Assembly (NCBI GenBank): GCA_934277545.1
Contig: CAKQUG010000002.1
Coordinates: forward strand, 129,024-193,023
Origin: an uncultured Alphaproteobacteria bacterium
GTDB lineage: Bacteria; Pseudomonadota; Alphaproteobacteria; RF32; CAG-239
DNA length: 64,000 nucleotides
Direction: 5' to 3'
Both the position numbers and the translations under genes were made by a program. Position 1 is the stretch's first letter. Each line of letters begins with the position of its first letter. Shown one piece after another: positions 39,161 through 47,731 of this stretch. The notes beneath the pieces are model-generated. The model ran no database searches. It was not told where the DNA came from and saw nothing but the letters and a program-made list of their open reading frames with translations.

Positions 39161-40579
39161 TTACGGTTTAAGCGGCAGATATACCGTGAAAGTAGTGCCG
39201 TTATAGGCTGTGGATGCGACGGTTAAGTTGCCGTGGTGGTGCAAAATAATTTGCTTGGCAATCGCCAAACCCAAGCCGGTGCCGCGGATTTTCATATCTT
39301 TGTGTATTTGCATGCGGTAAAATTTTTCGGTCAGGCGTGCAAGGTCTTCTTTGGCAATTTTCGGTCCTTTATTGTTAATGGCGATACTCACGGCTTTGCC
39401 GGCTGCCACGTTTTGCCCGCTGCCCGCCGGAATTTCCGCCACGGTTTTTATATCTACCGTAACTTCGGAATTTTCTTGAGCATATTTTATGGCATTATCC
39501 AAAAGGTTTTGCAAAATTTGATGTACTTCCTGCTTGTCGCCGATAATTTTTGGAATGCGTCCCTGTTCCGAGACTTTTAAATTAACTGAATGATGAAAGG
39601 CTTTGATTTTTAAGGCTTCTGTAACATCGTCTATCACTTCCGAAATGTTGACTTTATCTTTCAGCTCTTTGTCTTGCGCCATTTCCAAACGCGAAAGCGA
39701 GAGCAGATTTTCTATCAGGTTGGACATGTAATCGGCTTGTTCTTTCATAATGCCTAAAAAAGCCTCGCGGGCGTCGTCGTCATCTTTGGCCGAAGTTTGC
39801 AAAGTTTCAATAAACCCTGAAATAACCGACAGCGGAGTCCGTAGCTCATGACTGGCGTTTGCTACAAAATCCGACTGCATTTTTTCCAAACTCAACACCT
39901 TGCTGAGGTCATAAATAGAAACCACAGCGACGGCGCGTCCTTTAGAATACCACGGCAGTTTGGTGATGTGGGCATAAATGCGTTTGCTTATTTTAGCGCC
40001 GGCGTGAAAAATCAGGCTTTCGGATTCGCTTTTGCCTTTTAACACTTTTTCTACCGAGGCCACAAAAATATTTACACTGAAAACCGAGGCGATATTGCGT
40101 CCGGTAATGTCATCTCCCAACAAATTGCGGGCGGAAAGATTGCTGCCGGTTATGACTCCTTCGCCGTCGAGCATCAAAATCGGGTCGGGCAGGGTGTCTA
40201 AAACCGCCGCATCGGACATGGTTTGCGCCTCCAATGATTCGGCTTTGGATGTCCAAAAACGATGAATGGAATTAACCGCGTCAGCAATTTTTTGTGCATC
40301 TTTTTCTGAAAAATTCAGCTTTGAACCGTCCTCCTGCTCGTTGGCCAGTGAATAAATATATTGCTTGAGCGACTGCATTTCATAGCTGAGCGGAAAAAGC
40401 GAAAACATATTGAAAATAATTATCACTACATAGCAAATCAGCGCCGTTATCGGGGTTACCAGGCTAAAATACGCCAACAAGGTAAACAAAACCGCCGAGG
40501 GCAGCGACAATATCAGCACGCGTGTAGAAAATGAAGAATCTTTTTCCAGTCCCAAAAGGCGTTTCATGTTTTTCAGCAT
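39161..40579 (-). CDS. Sensor histidine kinase (TM + PAS-like + HisKA + HATPase_c), PhoR/NtrY-like, no cognate regulator in window
   Basis: H-box ASHELRTPL, N-box NLLDNAIKY, G-boxes GTGLGLAIAK, and two N-terminal TM segments. Confidence 0.8.
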   Translation of the reverse strand: MLKNMKRLLGLEKDSSFSTRVLILSLPSAVLFTLLAYFSLVTPITALICYVVIIIFNMFSLFPLSYEMQSLKQYIYSLANEQEDGSKLNFSEKDAQKIADAVNSIHRFWTSKAESLEAQTMSDAAVLDTLPDPILMLDGEGVITGSNLSARNLLGDDITGRNIASVFSVNIFVASVEKVLKGKSESESLIFHAGAKISKRIYAHITKLPWYSKGRAVAVVSIYDLSKVLSLEKMQSDFVANASHELRTPLSVISGFIETLQTSAKDDDDAREAFLGIMKEQADYMSNLIENLLSLSRLEMAQDKELKDKVNISEVIDDVTEALKIKAFHHSVNLKVSEQGRIPKIIGDKQEVHQILQNLLDNAIKYAQENSEVTVDIKTVAEIPAGSGQNVAAGKAVSIAINNKGPKIAKEDLARLTEKFYRMQIHKDMKIRGTGLGLAIAKQIILHHHGNLTVASTAYNGTTFTVYLPLKP

Positions 40580-40672
40580 AGGCGTTATCCCGTATGATAA
40601 AGTTAATAAAGTGCTAGACTTGATATATAATTATTGTAGTATACAATAAGTTTAAATAGGTTTAATATCGCA

Positions 40673-43345
40673 ATGACTGAAAAAAGTAATTTAACACCGG
40701 CAATGACCCAATATATGGAGCTGAAAAAGGCTCATCAGGACTATTTGCTGTTTTATCGCATGGGTGATTTTTATGAGCTATTTTTTGACGACGCAATCAC
40801 GGCGTCAAAGGCTTTGGATATTGCTTTAACCAAACGCGGCAAGGCGGACGGAAAAGACGTGCCAATGTGCGGAGTGCCTTTTCACGCCTATGAGAGTTAT
40901 ATGGCAAAGCTGATGAAACAGGGCTTTAAAGTGGCTATTTGCGAACAAATGGAAGACCCTGCCGAAGCTAAAAAACGCGGCTATAAAGCTATTGTGCGGC
41001 GTGATGTGGTTCGCTTGGTTACCCCGGGAACCATTACCGAAGACACAATTTTGGATTCTCGAAAAAATAACTATCTTTTGTGCGTGGCAAAAACAAGCGG
41101 CGAGTTCGGTTTGGCGTGGATAGACCTTTCTACCGGCGTGTTTTATACTCAGCTTTTGGAAGTTAACGCCAAAAACGAAGCTGCGGAGCTGCATACGGCG
41201 ATTGACAGGCTGGCTCCAAGCGAAATTTTGGTAGCGGACACGCTGCTGCAAAATTCCGAGCTGTTTCATTTGTTGAACGAATATAAAGAAAAACTTTCGG
41301 TTTTGCCGCAGGCGCGCTTTAACAGCAACAATGCGCAAAAAAGAATTTTAGAATTTTATCAGGTAAACACGCTGGATTCTTTCGGCAGTTTCAGTAAAAC
41401 GGAAATTTCTGCTGCCGGAATTTTGCTGGATTATGTTGAAAATACACAAAAAGGCAAAATGCCGCGCATTGCCCGCCCGGTTAAAATTTTAAGCAGCCAG
41501 TATATGGAAATAGACGCGGCGACACGCCATAATTTGGATTTGCTGGAAGGCCCGCGCGGTAGCACGCTGATTTCCGTTTTGGATAGAACTGTCAGCGGCG
41601 CCGGTGCCCGATTACTGGCTAACCGCTTGGCCAATCCGCTTTTGAACGTTGATAAAATCAATCAGCGTTTGGATGTAGTGGAATTTTTCTTAAAACATCA
41701 GGATGTGCGGGAAAAACTTCGCACCATGCTGAAAAATTGTCCCGACGTTGAACGTGCGGTTTCAAGACTTGGTGTGGGGCGTGGCGGACCGCGTGATTTG
41801 CTTGCTATCGGCGTAACTTTGGGTTGTCTGCCGAAATTAAAAATCTTGATAGAAACTTTTAAGCCGATTGACGTGCTTGATGAGCTGCCGCCGGCAGTGG
41901 CAAAAGTTTTGCAACGCTTCGGCAATCATTCCATGCTGGTTAATATGCTGGCCAATGCTCTGTGGGTTGAAGACAGAACAAACGAATTGCCTTTGCTGGC
42001 ACGCGACGGAGATTTTATTAAGGCGGGCTACAGTCCAGAACTGGATGCCGTGCGCGATTTGAAAAATAAAGGCCATAACTATATTTTGAATTTGCAAAGC
42101 AAATATGCAGAGCAAACCGGTATAGAGCATTTGAAAATAAAATATAATAATGTGATTGGTTATTTTATTGAAATTTCTAATAAAGATTCGGCACAAGTGC
42201 TTGGTAATCCGGAATTTATACATCGTCAGTCGGTGCTGAACGCGGTGCGCTTTACCACTGTGGAATTGACTGAGTTGGAAAATGAAATCCGCGGCGCCGC
42301 CGAAAAGGCATTGGGTTTGGAATTGGCGATTTTTGATGATTTGGTGCATAGTGTTTTGCTGGCCGCCGATGATATTACCCGTACGGCAAATGCGTTGGCA
42401 GAGCTGGATGTGGGCGCGGCTTTGGCTGACTTGGCGTTGGAAAATAATTATTGCCGCCCGGAAATTGACGACAGTTATGCGTTTGAAGTGGAAGACGGTC
42501 GTCATCCGGTGGTTGAAGAGGCGATTCGCCGCGGTCATGAAGGCAGTTTTGTGGGTAATAACTGTACTTTGGATGTTGAAGATAATCGGATTTGGCTGCT
42601 GACCGGTCCGAATATGGCCGGTAAATCAACATTTTTACGGCAAAATGCCATAATTGCGATTATGGCGCAGATGGGATCGTATGTTCCGGCTAAATCAGCT
42701 CATATCGGTTATGTGAATAAAGTTTTTTCCCGTGTCGGTGCTTCAGATGATTTGGCGCGCGGACGTTCTACTTTTATGGTTGAAATGGTTGAAACTGCGT
42801 CTATTTTGAATCGAGCCGACCGCCGTTCGTTTGTAATTCTTGATGAAATCGGGCGAGGAACTGCCACTTTTGACGGGCTGTCAATCGCTTGGGCGGTGGT
42901 GGAATATTTGCATGAAGTCAACAAATGCCGGGCTTTGTTTGCCACACATTATCATGAACTGACCGATTTGGTGGGGCGTTTGAAAGCAATGACGCTGCAT
43001 TGTATGAAAATTAAGGAGTTTAAGGGCGAAGTTATTTTTTTGCATGAGGTCATAGACGGCGCCGCCGATCGCTCGTACGGTATTCATGTGGCAAAGCTCG
43101 CCGGTTTGCCGAGTGCGGTTTTGGAACGCGCCGAACAAGTGCTGTCTAAGCTGGAAAATGAAAATCAGCATAAAAAGCTGAACGGTTTGGATGATGAATT
43201 GCCGCTGTTTTCGTTTGCCCCGAAAGAGGTTAAAAAATCGCCGGTTATTGAGGAATTGGAAAAAATAAATCCTGATGATTTAACAGCGCGCGAGGCTTTG
43301 CAGAAGTTATATGATTTGAAAGATTTGCTGAATAAGGAAATATAA
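40673..43345 (+). CDS. mutS: DNA mismatch repair protein MutS
   Basis: N-terminal mismatch-binding motif ([12 protein letters not shown]...GDFYELF), Walker [10 protein letters not shown], and a DE..GRGT motif. Confidence 0.95.
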   Translation: MTEKSNLTPAMTQYMELKKAHQDYLLFYRMGDFYELFFDDAITASKALDIALTKRGKADGKDVPMCGVPFHAYESYMAKLMKQGFKVAICEQMEDPAEAKKRGYKAIVRRDVVRLVTPGTITEDTILDSRKNNYLLCVAKTSGEFGLAWIDLSTGVFYTQLLEVNAKNEAAELHTAIDRLAPSEILVADTLLQNSELFHLLNEYKEKLSVLPQARFNSNNAQKRILEFYQVNTLDSFGSFSKTEISAAGILLDYVENTQKGKMPRIARPVKILSSQYMEIDAATRHNLDLLEGPRGSTLISVLDRTVSGAGARLLANRLANPLLNVDKINQRLDVVEFFLKHQDVREKLRTMLKNCPDVERAVSRLGVGRGGPRDLLAIGVTLGCLPKLKILIETFKPIDVLDELPPAVAKVLQRFGNHSMLVNMLANALWVEDRTNELPLLARDGDFIKAGYSPELDAVRDLKNKGHNYILNLQSKYAEQTGIEHLKIKYNNVIGYFIEISNKDSAQVLGNPEFIHRQSVLNAVRFTTVELTELENEIRGAAEKALGLELAIFDDLVHSVLLAADDITRTANALAELDVGAALADLALENNYCRPEIDDSYAFEVEDGRHPVVEEAIRRGHEGSFVGNNCTLDVEDNRIWLLTGPNMAGKSTFLRQNAIIAIMAQMGSYVPAKSAHIGYVNKVFSRVGASDDLARGRSTFMVEMVETASILNRADRRSFVILDEIGRGTATFDGLSIAWAVVEYLHEVNKCRALFATHYHELTDLVGRLKAMTLHCMKIKEFKGEVIFLHEVIDGAADRSYGIHVAKLAGLPSAVLERAEQVLSKLENENQHKKLNGLDDELPLFSFAPKEVKKSPVIEELEKINPDDLTAREALQKLYDLKDLLNKEI

Positions 43346-43347
43346 AC

Positions 43348-43752
43348 ATGGAAGAAAAAGAATATTTTGCCGCATACCGGAGTTTTGTTGACGGAGTAAC
43401 GTCGGAAACTGCTAAAAATGATGAAGTTTTTGCTCAAAATTTTGCCAAGCTGTCTAAGCAACTAAATGGCAATTACGCTCGTCTAGACCACGCGATTTCC
43501 GGTTTGTGCGGCGAGGTTGGCGAAGTTGACGATGTTTGGAAAAAAATTAAATTTATGGGGTTGAATTATACTGATGAGACCCGTGATATGTTTATAAAAG
43601 AGCTGGGAGATGTTTGTTGGTATATGTTTCAGGCTTGTCTGGCTCTTGATATTCCGTTTGAAGAAATTATCAACCGTAATGTCGAAAAGTTGAAAAAACG
43701 TCATCCCAACGGTTATTCGTCGGAATATTTTCATCAAAAAAAAGGAGCGTAA
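43348..43752 (+). CDS. MazG-like nucleoside triphosphate pyrophosphohydrolase domain protein
   Basis: All-alpha NTP-PPase signature (LCGEVGEVDD ... ELGDVCWYMFQ) with the EExxE/D metal motif. 134 aa. Confidence 0.6.
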   Translation: MEEKEYFAAYRSFVDGVTSETAKNDEVFAQNFAKLSKQLNGNYARLDHAISGLCGEVGEVDDVWKKIKFMGLNYTDETRDMFIKELGDVCWYMFQACLALDIPFEEIINRNVEKLKKRHPNGYSSEYFHQKKGA

Positions 43753-43755
43753 ATT

Positions 43756-45927
43756 TTGCTGGTCGGAATTTTGCTGCCGCTGCCGTTTAATCAGCCGTTT
43801 ACCTATAAAACGGCTGAGGTGTTGAAACTCGGACAGTTGGTGGAAGTTCCGTTTGGGCGCGATAAGCAAATCGGAGTGGTTTATGACTTGTCGCCGCAAA
43901 ATGATGTTCCTGCCGAAAAAATAAAAAGTATAAGCAAAGTCTATGATTTTCCGCCGCTTTCGGAAAAACTATTGAAATTTATCGCCTGGGTGGCGCGCTA
44001 TAACATGGCGCCGCTGGGATTGGTTTTTAAAATGGCGATAAGTGTCAAAGCCGCGTTTGAGCCGTCGCCGCTGACGGTTTTATATAAACTTTCCGGCAAA
44101 ACTTTAGCTGAAGCTAAACTTAAAAATTCGGACGCGCGCTGGCATGTTATGGATTTGCTGAAACACGCGCCGTATACCAGGCAAGAAATTGCCAAAGGTG
44201 CAGGTGTTGGACAAAGCGTAATAAAAACTCTTATTGATAGCGGCGTGTTGGAACCGATTTATGTGGAGAATAAACTTGAGTTTTTGGAACCTGTCGGCGA
44301 TTATGTAAAAGTTGATTTGACAGCAGAACAACAGCACGCGGCGGAATTACTGTGTCAAAAAATAGGTAGCGGATTTTCGGTTACGCTGTTGGACGGTATT
44401 ACCGGTTCCGGTAAAACCGAAGTTTATTTTGAAGCAGTGGCTAAAACTATAGAAAGCGGAAAACAGGTGCTTATTTTGGTGCCGGAAATTTCGCTGACGA
44501 CACAATGGCTTGAGCGTTTTCAAAAACGATTCGGCGTGCGTCCGGCAAATTGGCATTCGGGCTTGAGCTTAAAAGAACGCGTCGATACCTGGAAAGCCAT
44601 TGTTGAAGGGCGTGTGAAAGTAATTGTCGGAGCGCGTTCGGCACTGTTTTTGCCATATACAAATCTGGGGCTGATAGTTATTGATGAAAGCCACGACCAT
44701 TCGTTTAAACAAGAAGATATGGTTAATTATCAGGGGCGAGATATGGCGATTGTGCGGGCAAAAATAGAGCATTTGCCGCTTATTCTTTCTACTGCCACGC
44801 CGGATTTGGAAACCATGGTGAATGTTGAAGAAGGCAAATATGACTGTGTGAAACTGCAAAGCCGTTACGCCAATGCCAGCCTGCCGGATATTAAAATTAT
44901 AGATTTGAAAAAAGATAAGCCGCAAAAAGGCGAATGGGGTGTTTCTTGGCTGGCGCCGAGTTTGGTACAGGCTTTGGGCGAAAATTTGGAGCGCCGCGAG
45001 CAATCGGTTTTGTTTTTAAACCGCCGCGGCTATGCTCCGCTGATGATTTGCCGCGACTGCGGACACCGTATGCAATGTCCAAGCTGCAGTGCCTGGTTGA
45101 CCGAACATAAAAGCGCTCATAAGTTAATGTGCCATCATTGCGGATATGTAGAGGAAATTCCTGAAATATGCCCGCATTGCGGCTCTGCAGACGGACTGAC
45201 TGCTTGCGGTCCGGGGGTGGAACGTGTGGCCGAAGAAGTGAAACATCGTTTTCCGTATGCCAAAACCGAGATACTTTCCAGCGATAATGCCGGTTCGTTT
45301 ACGGCAGTGTCGCAAATTATTGCCCGCATGGAACGTCGGGAGATTGATATTTTGGTTGGAACACAGATTATCGCAAAAGGGCATCATTTTCCTGATTTGA
45401 CATTGGTGGGTATTGTTGATGCCGATTTGGGGCTTATGGGCAGTGATTTGCGGGCGTCCGAACAAACCTATCAGCTGCTGTCGCAGGTTTCGGGGCGTGC
45501 CGGCCGCGGCGAAAAAAAAGGTACGGTTTATTTGCAGACTTTGTATCCTGAAAACAATGTGTTGAAAGCTCTTTTAAATAATGACCGTGAAAGTTTTATG
45601 GATTTTGAAAAGCAGTCGCGTCAAATGTTGAAATATCCGCCGTACGGCAAACTTGCGGCGTTGATAATTTCCGGTACTGACCAGCGCTTAACCGGAGCTG
45701 TGGCGGAGGAATTTGGTAAAACTGCACCGCACACGGATTATGTTTCGGTGTTGGGACCGGCTCCGGCGCCGTTGTTTTTGCTTCGCGATCGTTATCGCTA
45801 TCGGTTGATGTTAAAAACCGATAAAAATATCAATATCCAACAAGTACTGGCTAAGTGGCTGCAAATGGTCAAAGTCCCTTCCTCTGTCAAAGTAGAAGTG
45901 GATATTGACCCGTATTCTTTTATGTAG
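43756..45927 (+). CDS. priA: Primosomal protein N' (replication restart helicase PriA)
   Basis: Walker A GITGSGKTEVY, DEAH-like DESHD, and Cys4 zinc-binding insert (CRDCGHRMQCPSCS...CHHCG...CPHCG). TTG start. Confidence 0.9.
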   Translation: MLVGILLPLPFNQPFTYKTAEVLKLGQLVEVPFGRDKQIGVVYDLSPQNDVPAEKIKSISKVYDFPPLSEKLLKFIAWVARYNMAPLGLVFKMAISVKAAFEPSPLTVLYKLSGKTLAEAKLKNSDARWHVMDLLKHAPYTRQEIAKGAGVGQSVIKTLIDSGVLEPIYVENKLEFLEPVGDYVKVDLTAEQQHAAELLCQKIGSGFSVTLLDGITGSGKTEVYFEAVAKTIESGKQVLILVPEISLTTQWLERFQKRFGVRPANWHSGLSLKERVDTWKAIVEGRVKVIVGARSALFLPYTNLGLIVIDESHDHSFKQEDMVNYQGRDMAIVRAKIEHLPLILSTATPDLETMVNVEEGKYDCVKLQSRYANASLPDIKIIDLKKDKPQKGEWGVSWLAPSLVQALGENLERREQSVLFLNRRGYAPLMICRDCGHRMQCPSCSAWLTEHKSAHKLMCHHCGYVEEIPEICPHCGSADGLTACGPGVERVAEEVKHRFPYAKTEILSSDNAGSFTAVSQIIARMERREIDILVGTQIIAKGHHFPDLTLVGIVDADLGLMGSDLRASEQTYQLLSQVSGRAGRGEKKGTVYLQTLYPENNVLKALLNNDRESFMDFEKQSRQMLKYPPYGKLAALIISGTDQRLTGAVAEEFGKTAPHTDYVSVLGPAPAPLFLLRDRYRYRLMLKTDKNINIQQVLAKWLQMVKVPSSVKVEVDIDPYSFM

Positions 45928-45994
45928 CCTGTATATGGCTTGGCTTATGCGATTAGCATGTGTCGCCTGTTTTATGCAGACGGCAAAATATGCC

Positions 45995-46210
45995 TCAGCG
46001 CAGGCACAAAAAACAAATTAAAAAGCTGAGCAAAAACAGCAGGTGCAAAGCGCCGGTTCCTACCACAATATTTTGATTTCCGACCACGTTTATTCCAAAA
46101 TTAAACGGAGTTGGCAGCGGTGTCGGCTGCGGTTTAGGGGTAGAATTATCATTTATCGGAGTACTTTTCATTAAAATATCCCGAATTTGCGCGTCAATAT
46201 CATTATCCAT
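45995..46210 (-). CDS. Small Pro-rich, C-terminally membrane-anchored protein co-transcribed with the prophage repressor
   Basis: 71 aa with a PKPQPTPLPTP linker and a C-terminal TM (ALHLLFLLSFLICFLCL). It starts 22 nt downstream of the repressor stop with an AAGGAC SD. Confidence 0.5.
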   Translation of the reverse strand: MDNDIDAQIRDILMKSTPINDNSTPKPQPTPLPTPFNFGINVVGNQNIVVGTGALHLLFLLSFLICFLCLR

Positions 46211-46232
46211 TACGCATAGTCCTTAAATTTAA

Positions 46233-46676
46233 TCAGTTTACTTTACGAAATTCGTCATAAATATCCATATAGTCTTTAATTTTTGCATTGGCGTTATCTA
46301 AAGATTCGTTACAGATTTTAGAATAAAGCAAGCGGATTAGTTCGGCTTTATCATGCGGTGTCATTTTAGCTTCTCGTTTTTCCAGCCAGGTTTCAACATT
46401 TTCTATTACCAAACACAAAACATCTTGATTAACGGTTGATGCGAACCCTGAAGAAACCTTAAGCGGCAAGTCAGTCAGCTCTTGTTCGTCCACTTTTAAC
46501 AGACGAGCCAGTTTCTGACGTTCTACTTCACCCAGGCGGCGAGGTGAGCCGTTTTTAATAAATTGTTGAATATATGCGATATTTTTGCCTAAACTTAAAG
46601 AAACTTTGGCGAAATTCAAACCTCGCTCGTTAATTAAACGGGCGATTTTTTTTCTTATTTCTTCTGTATCATCCAT
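46233..46676 (-). CDS. Prophage repressor-like XRE-family HTH protein (cI-like, no S24 peptidase domain)
   Basis: N-terminal HTH (IARLINERGLNFAKVSLSLGKNIAYIQQFIKNG). It is divergent from the early/late genes across an AT-rich switch region. Confidence 0.65.
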   Translation of the reverse strand: MDDTEEIRKKIARLINERGLNFAKVSLSLGKNIAYIQQFIKNGSPRRLGEVERQKLARLLKVDEQELTDLPLKVSSGFASTVNQDVLCLVIENVETWLEKREAKMTPHDKAELIRLLYSKICNESLDNANAKIKDYMDIYDEFRKVN

Positions 46677-46799
46677 TTTTTGACCTCTAAAGTTGTTATT
46701 ATAAGTATTATATAATATATATCTTAGAAAGTAAAATGATATTTTTCTTATTGACTTTATAATATTTATCTTATATCTTTAAGAAAAATGGAGAGTAAA

Positions 46800-47294
46800 A
46801 TGATTGATGAAGAATATATATCAAAAGAAGAAGCCTTGAAAAAAGGCTATAGACGCCGTCGCAGCAAAGGATTGTATAAAACGTCAGTGCTGGAAAAATA
46901 CTATGAAAACGGCGTGTTGGAGCTGTGCGGAAGTCCATTCAGCGCTGCCGACCGCAAACGAGCCGGCGAACAGCTGGTAAAAGATTTTTATTTAGGAAAT
47001 TATAATAATTTACAGTCTGTATCCTTAATAAGAACCGGAACCTGCACAGGCGGCAGGGATGAGGCTTTAATCTATCAAGAGCGTTATATAAAGGCCATGC
47101 AAAGCGTGCCGAAAGAGTTTTGGCCGGTGGTCAGATATGTTTGTATAGAGGACAAAGAGTTAAAAGCAGATAAGAATATTATACCTCACAGCCTTTTAAG
47201 CAAACAGGTGGTGTATCACTTAAAATCCTTGCTGGTGCTGGGTTTGGAACGATTAGTAAAATATTATTTGCAAAAAAATGAAAAAAGTTCTTGA
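46800..47294 (+). CDS. Phage early protein, candidate late-gene regulator (Q-like antiterminator hypothesis)
   Basis: 164-aa protein from ATG 46800 with a GGAGAG SD 7 nt upstream (the ORF track starts at 46788). Basic N-terminus (KKGYRRRRSKG), 4 Cys. Its stop codon lies inside a TTGACA -35 element. Confidence 0.4.
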   Translation: MIDEEYISKEEALKKGYRRRRSKGLYKTSVLEKYYENGVLELCGSPFSAADRKRAGEQLVKDFYLGNYNNLQSVSLIRTGTCTGGRDEALIYQERYIKAMQSVPKEFWPVVRYVCIEDKELKADKNIIPHSLLSKQVVYHLKSLLVLGLERLVKYYLQKNEKSS

Positions 47295-47319
47295 CATCAG
47301 GTAACCTGTGTGCTAATAA
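47291..47319 (+). promoter_or_regulatory. Candidate sigma-70 promoter (TTGACA-N17-TAATAA) reading into a terminator then the late genes
   Basis: TTGACA at 47291-47296, a 17-nt spacer, and TAATAA at 47314-47319. This is a sequence match only. Confidence 0.35.
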
Positions 47320-47364
47320 AATTACTATGATGTAAAATTGTATTTAGAAAAAACTTATATTTTA

Positions 47365-47404
47365 AGAGATTAAGCTCAGTGTTCTGCTTAATCTCTGTTT
47401 TTTT
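47365..47404 (+). terminator. Strong intrinsic terminator immediately upstream of the structural-gene cluster
   Basis: Perfect 11-bp stem AGAGATTAAGC / GCTTAATCTCT with a 10-nt loop, then GTTTTTTT. It ends 14 nt before the GroES-like gene RBS (AGGAGA). Confidence 0.75.
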
Positions 47405-47418
47405 AGGAGAAATATAAA

Positions 47419-47664
47419 ATGCTGAAAGCAATAGCAGACAGGCTTATTGTTAAGCCTGATAAAACTTTGCCGTCCGTGTTGATTGGAGTTGAAACTGAAA
47501 AAAAGTTTACTAATCAAGGCGTTGTACAAAGTGTCGGCGACAAGGTAACAATGGCGTCCGTCGGTGAACATATAATTTTTCATCGCTTTGACGAATTGCC
47601 ATTACCGCAGAATGATTTAGTGGTTATTCGGGAAAAAAGCCTTTTGGGCAAAATCTCGGAATAA
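47419..47664 (+). CDS. GroES/Cpn10-like co-chaperonin homolog (phage-encoded, truncated roof hairpin)
   Basis: 81 aa. LKAIADRLIVK matches GroES IRPLHDRVIVK, followed by a mobile-loop-length segment, QSVGDKV (like LAVGNG), ASVGEHIIF (like VKVGDIVIF) and NDLVVIREKSLLGKI (like EEVLIMSESDILAIV). Confidence 0.5.
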   Translation: MLKAIADRLIVKPDKTLPSVLIGVETEKKFTNQGVVQSVGDKVTMASVGEHIIFHRFDELPLPQNDLVVIREKSLLGKISE

Positions 47665-47684
47665 TCTTAATATTTTTTAATCTG

Positions 47685-47722
47685 ACAGACCGTGTAGTTT
47701 TTACCGGTCTGTTTTTGTTTGG
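47685..47722 (+). terminator. Second intrinsic terminator between the GroES-like gene and the portal gene
   Basis: 8-bp stem ACAGACCG / CGGTCTGT with a 12-nt loop, then TTTTGTTTGG. Confidence 0.5.
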
Positions 47723-47731
47723 GAGAAAATT

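Noticed and set aside
46126-46134. 9-bp direct repeat TGTCGGCTG near both ends of the prophage block (also 62199-62207) as a possible att core
   Set aside because: A 9-mer match between two ~300-nt regions is expected by chance (about 0.3 expected), and the left copy lies inside an ORF. I do not treat it as evidence of attL/attR.
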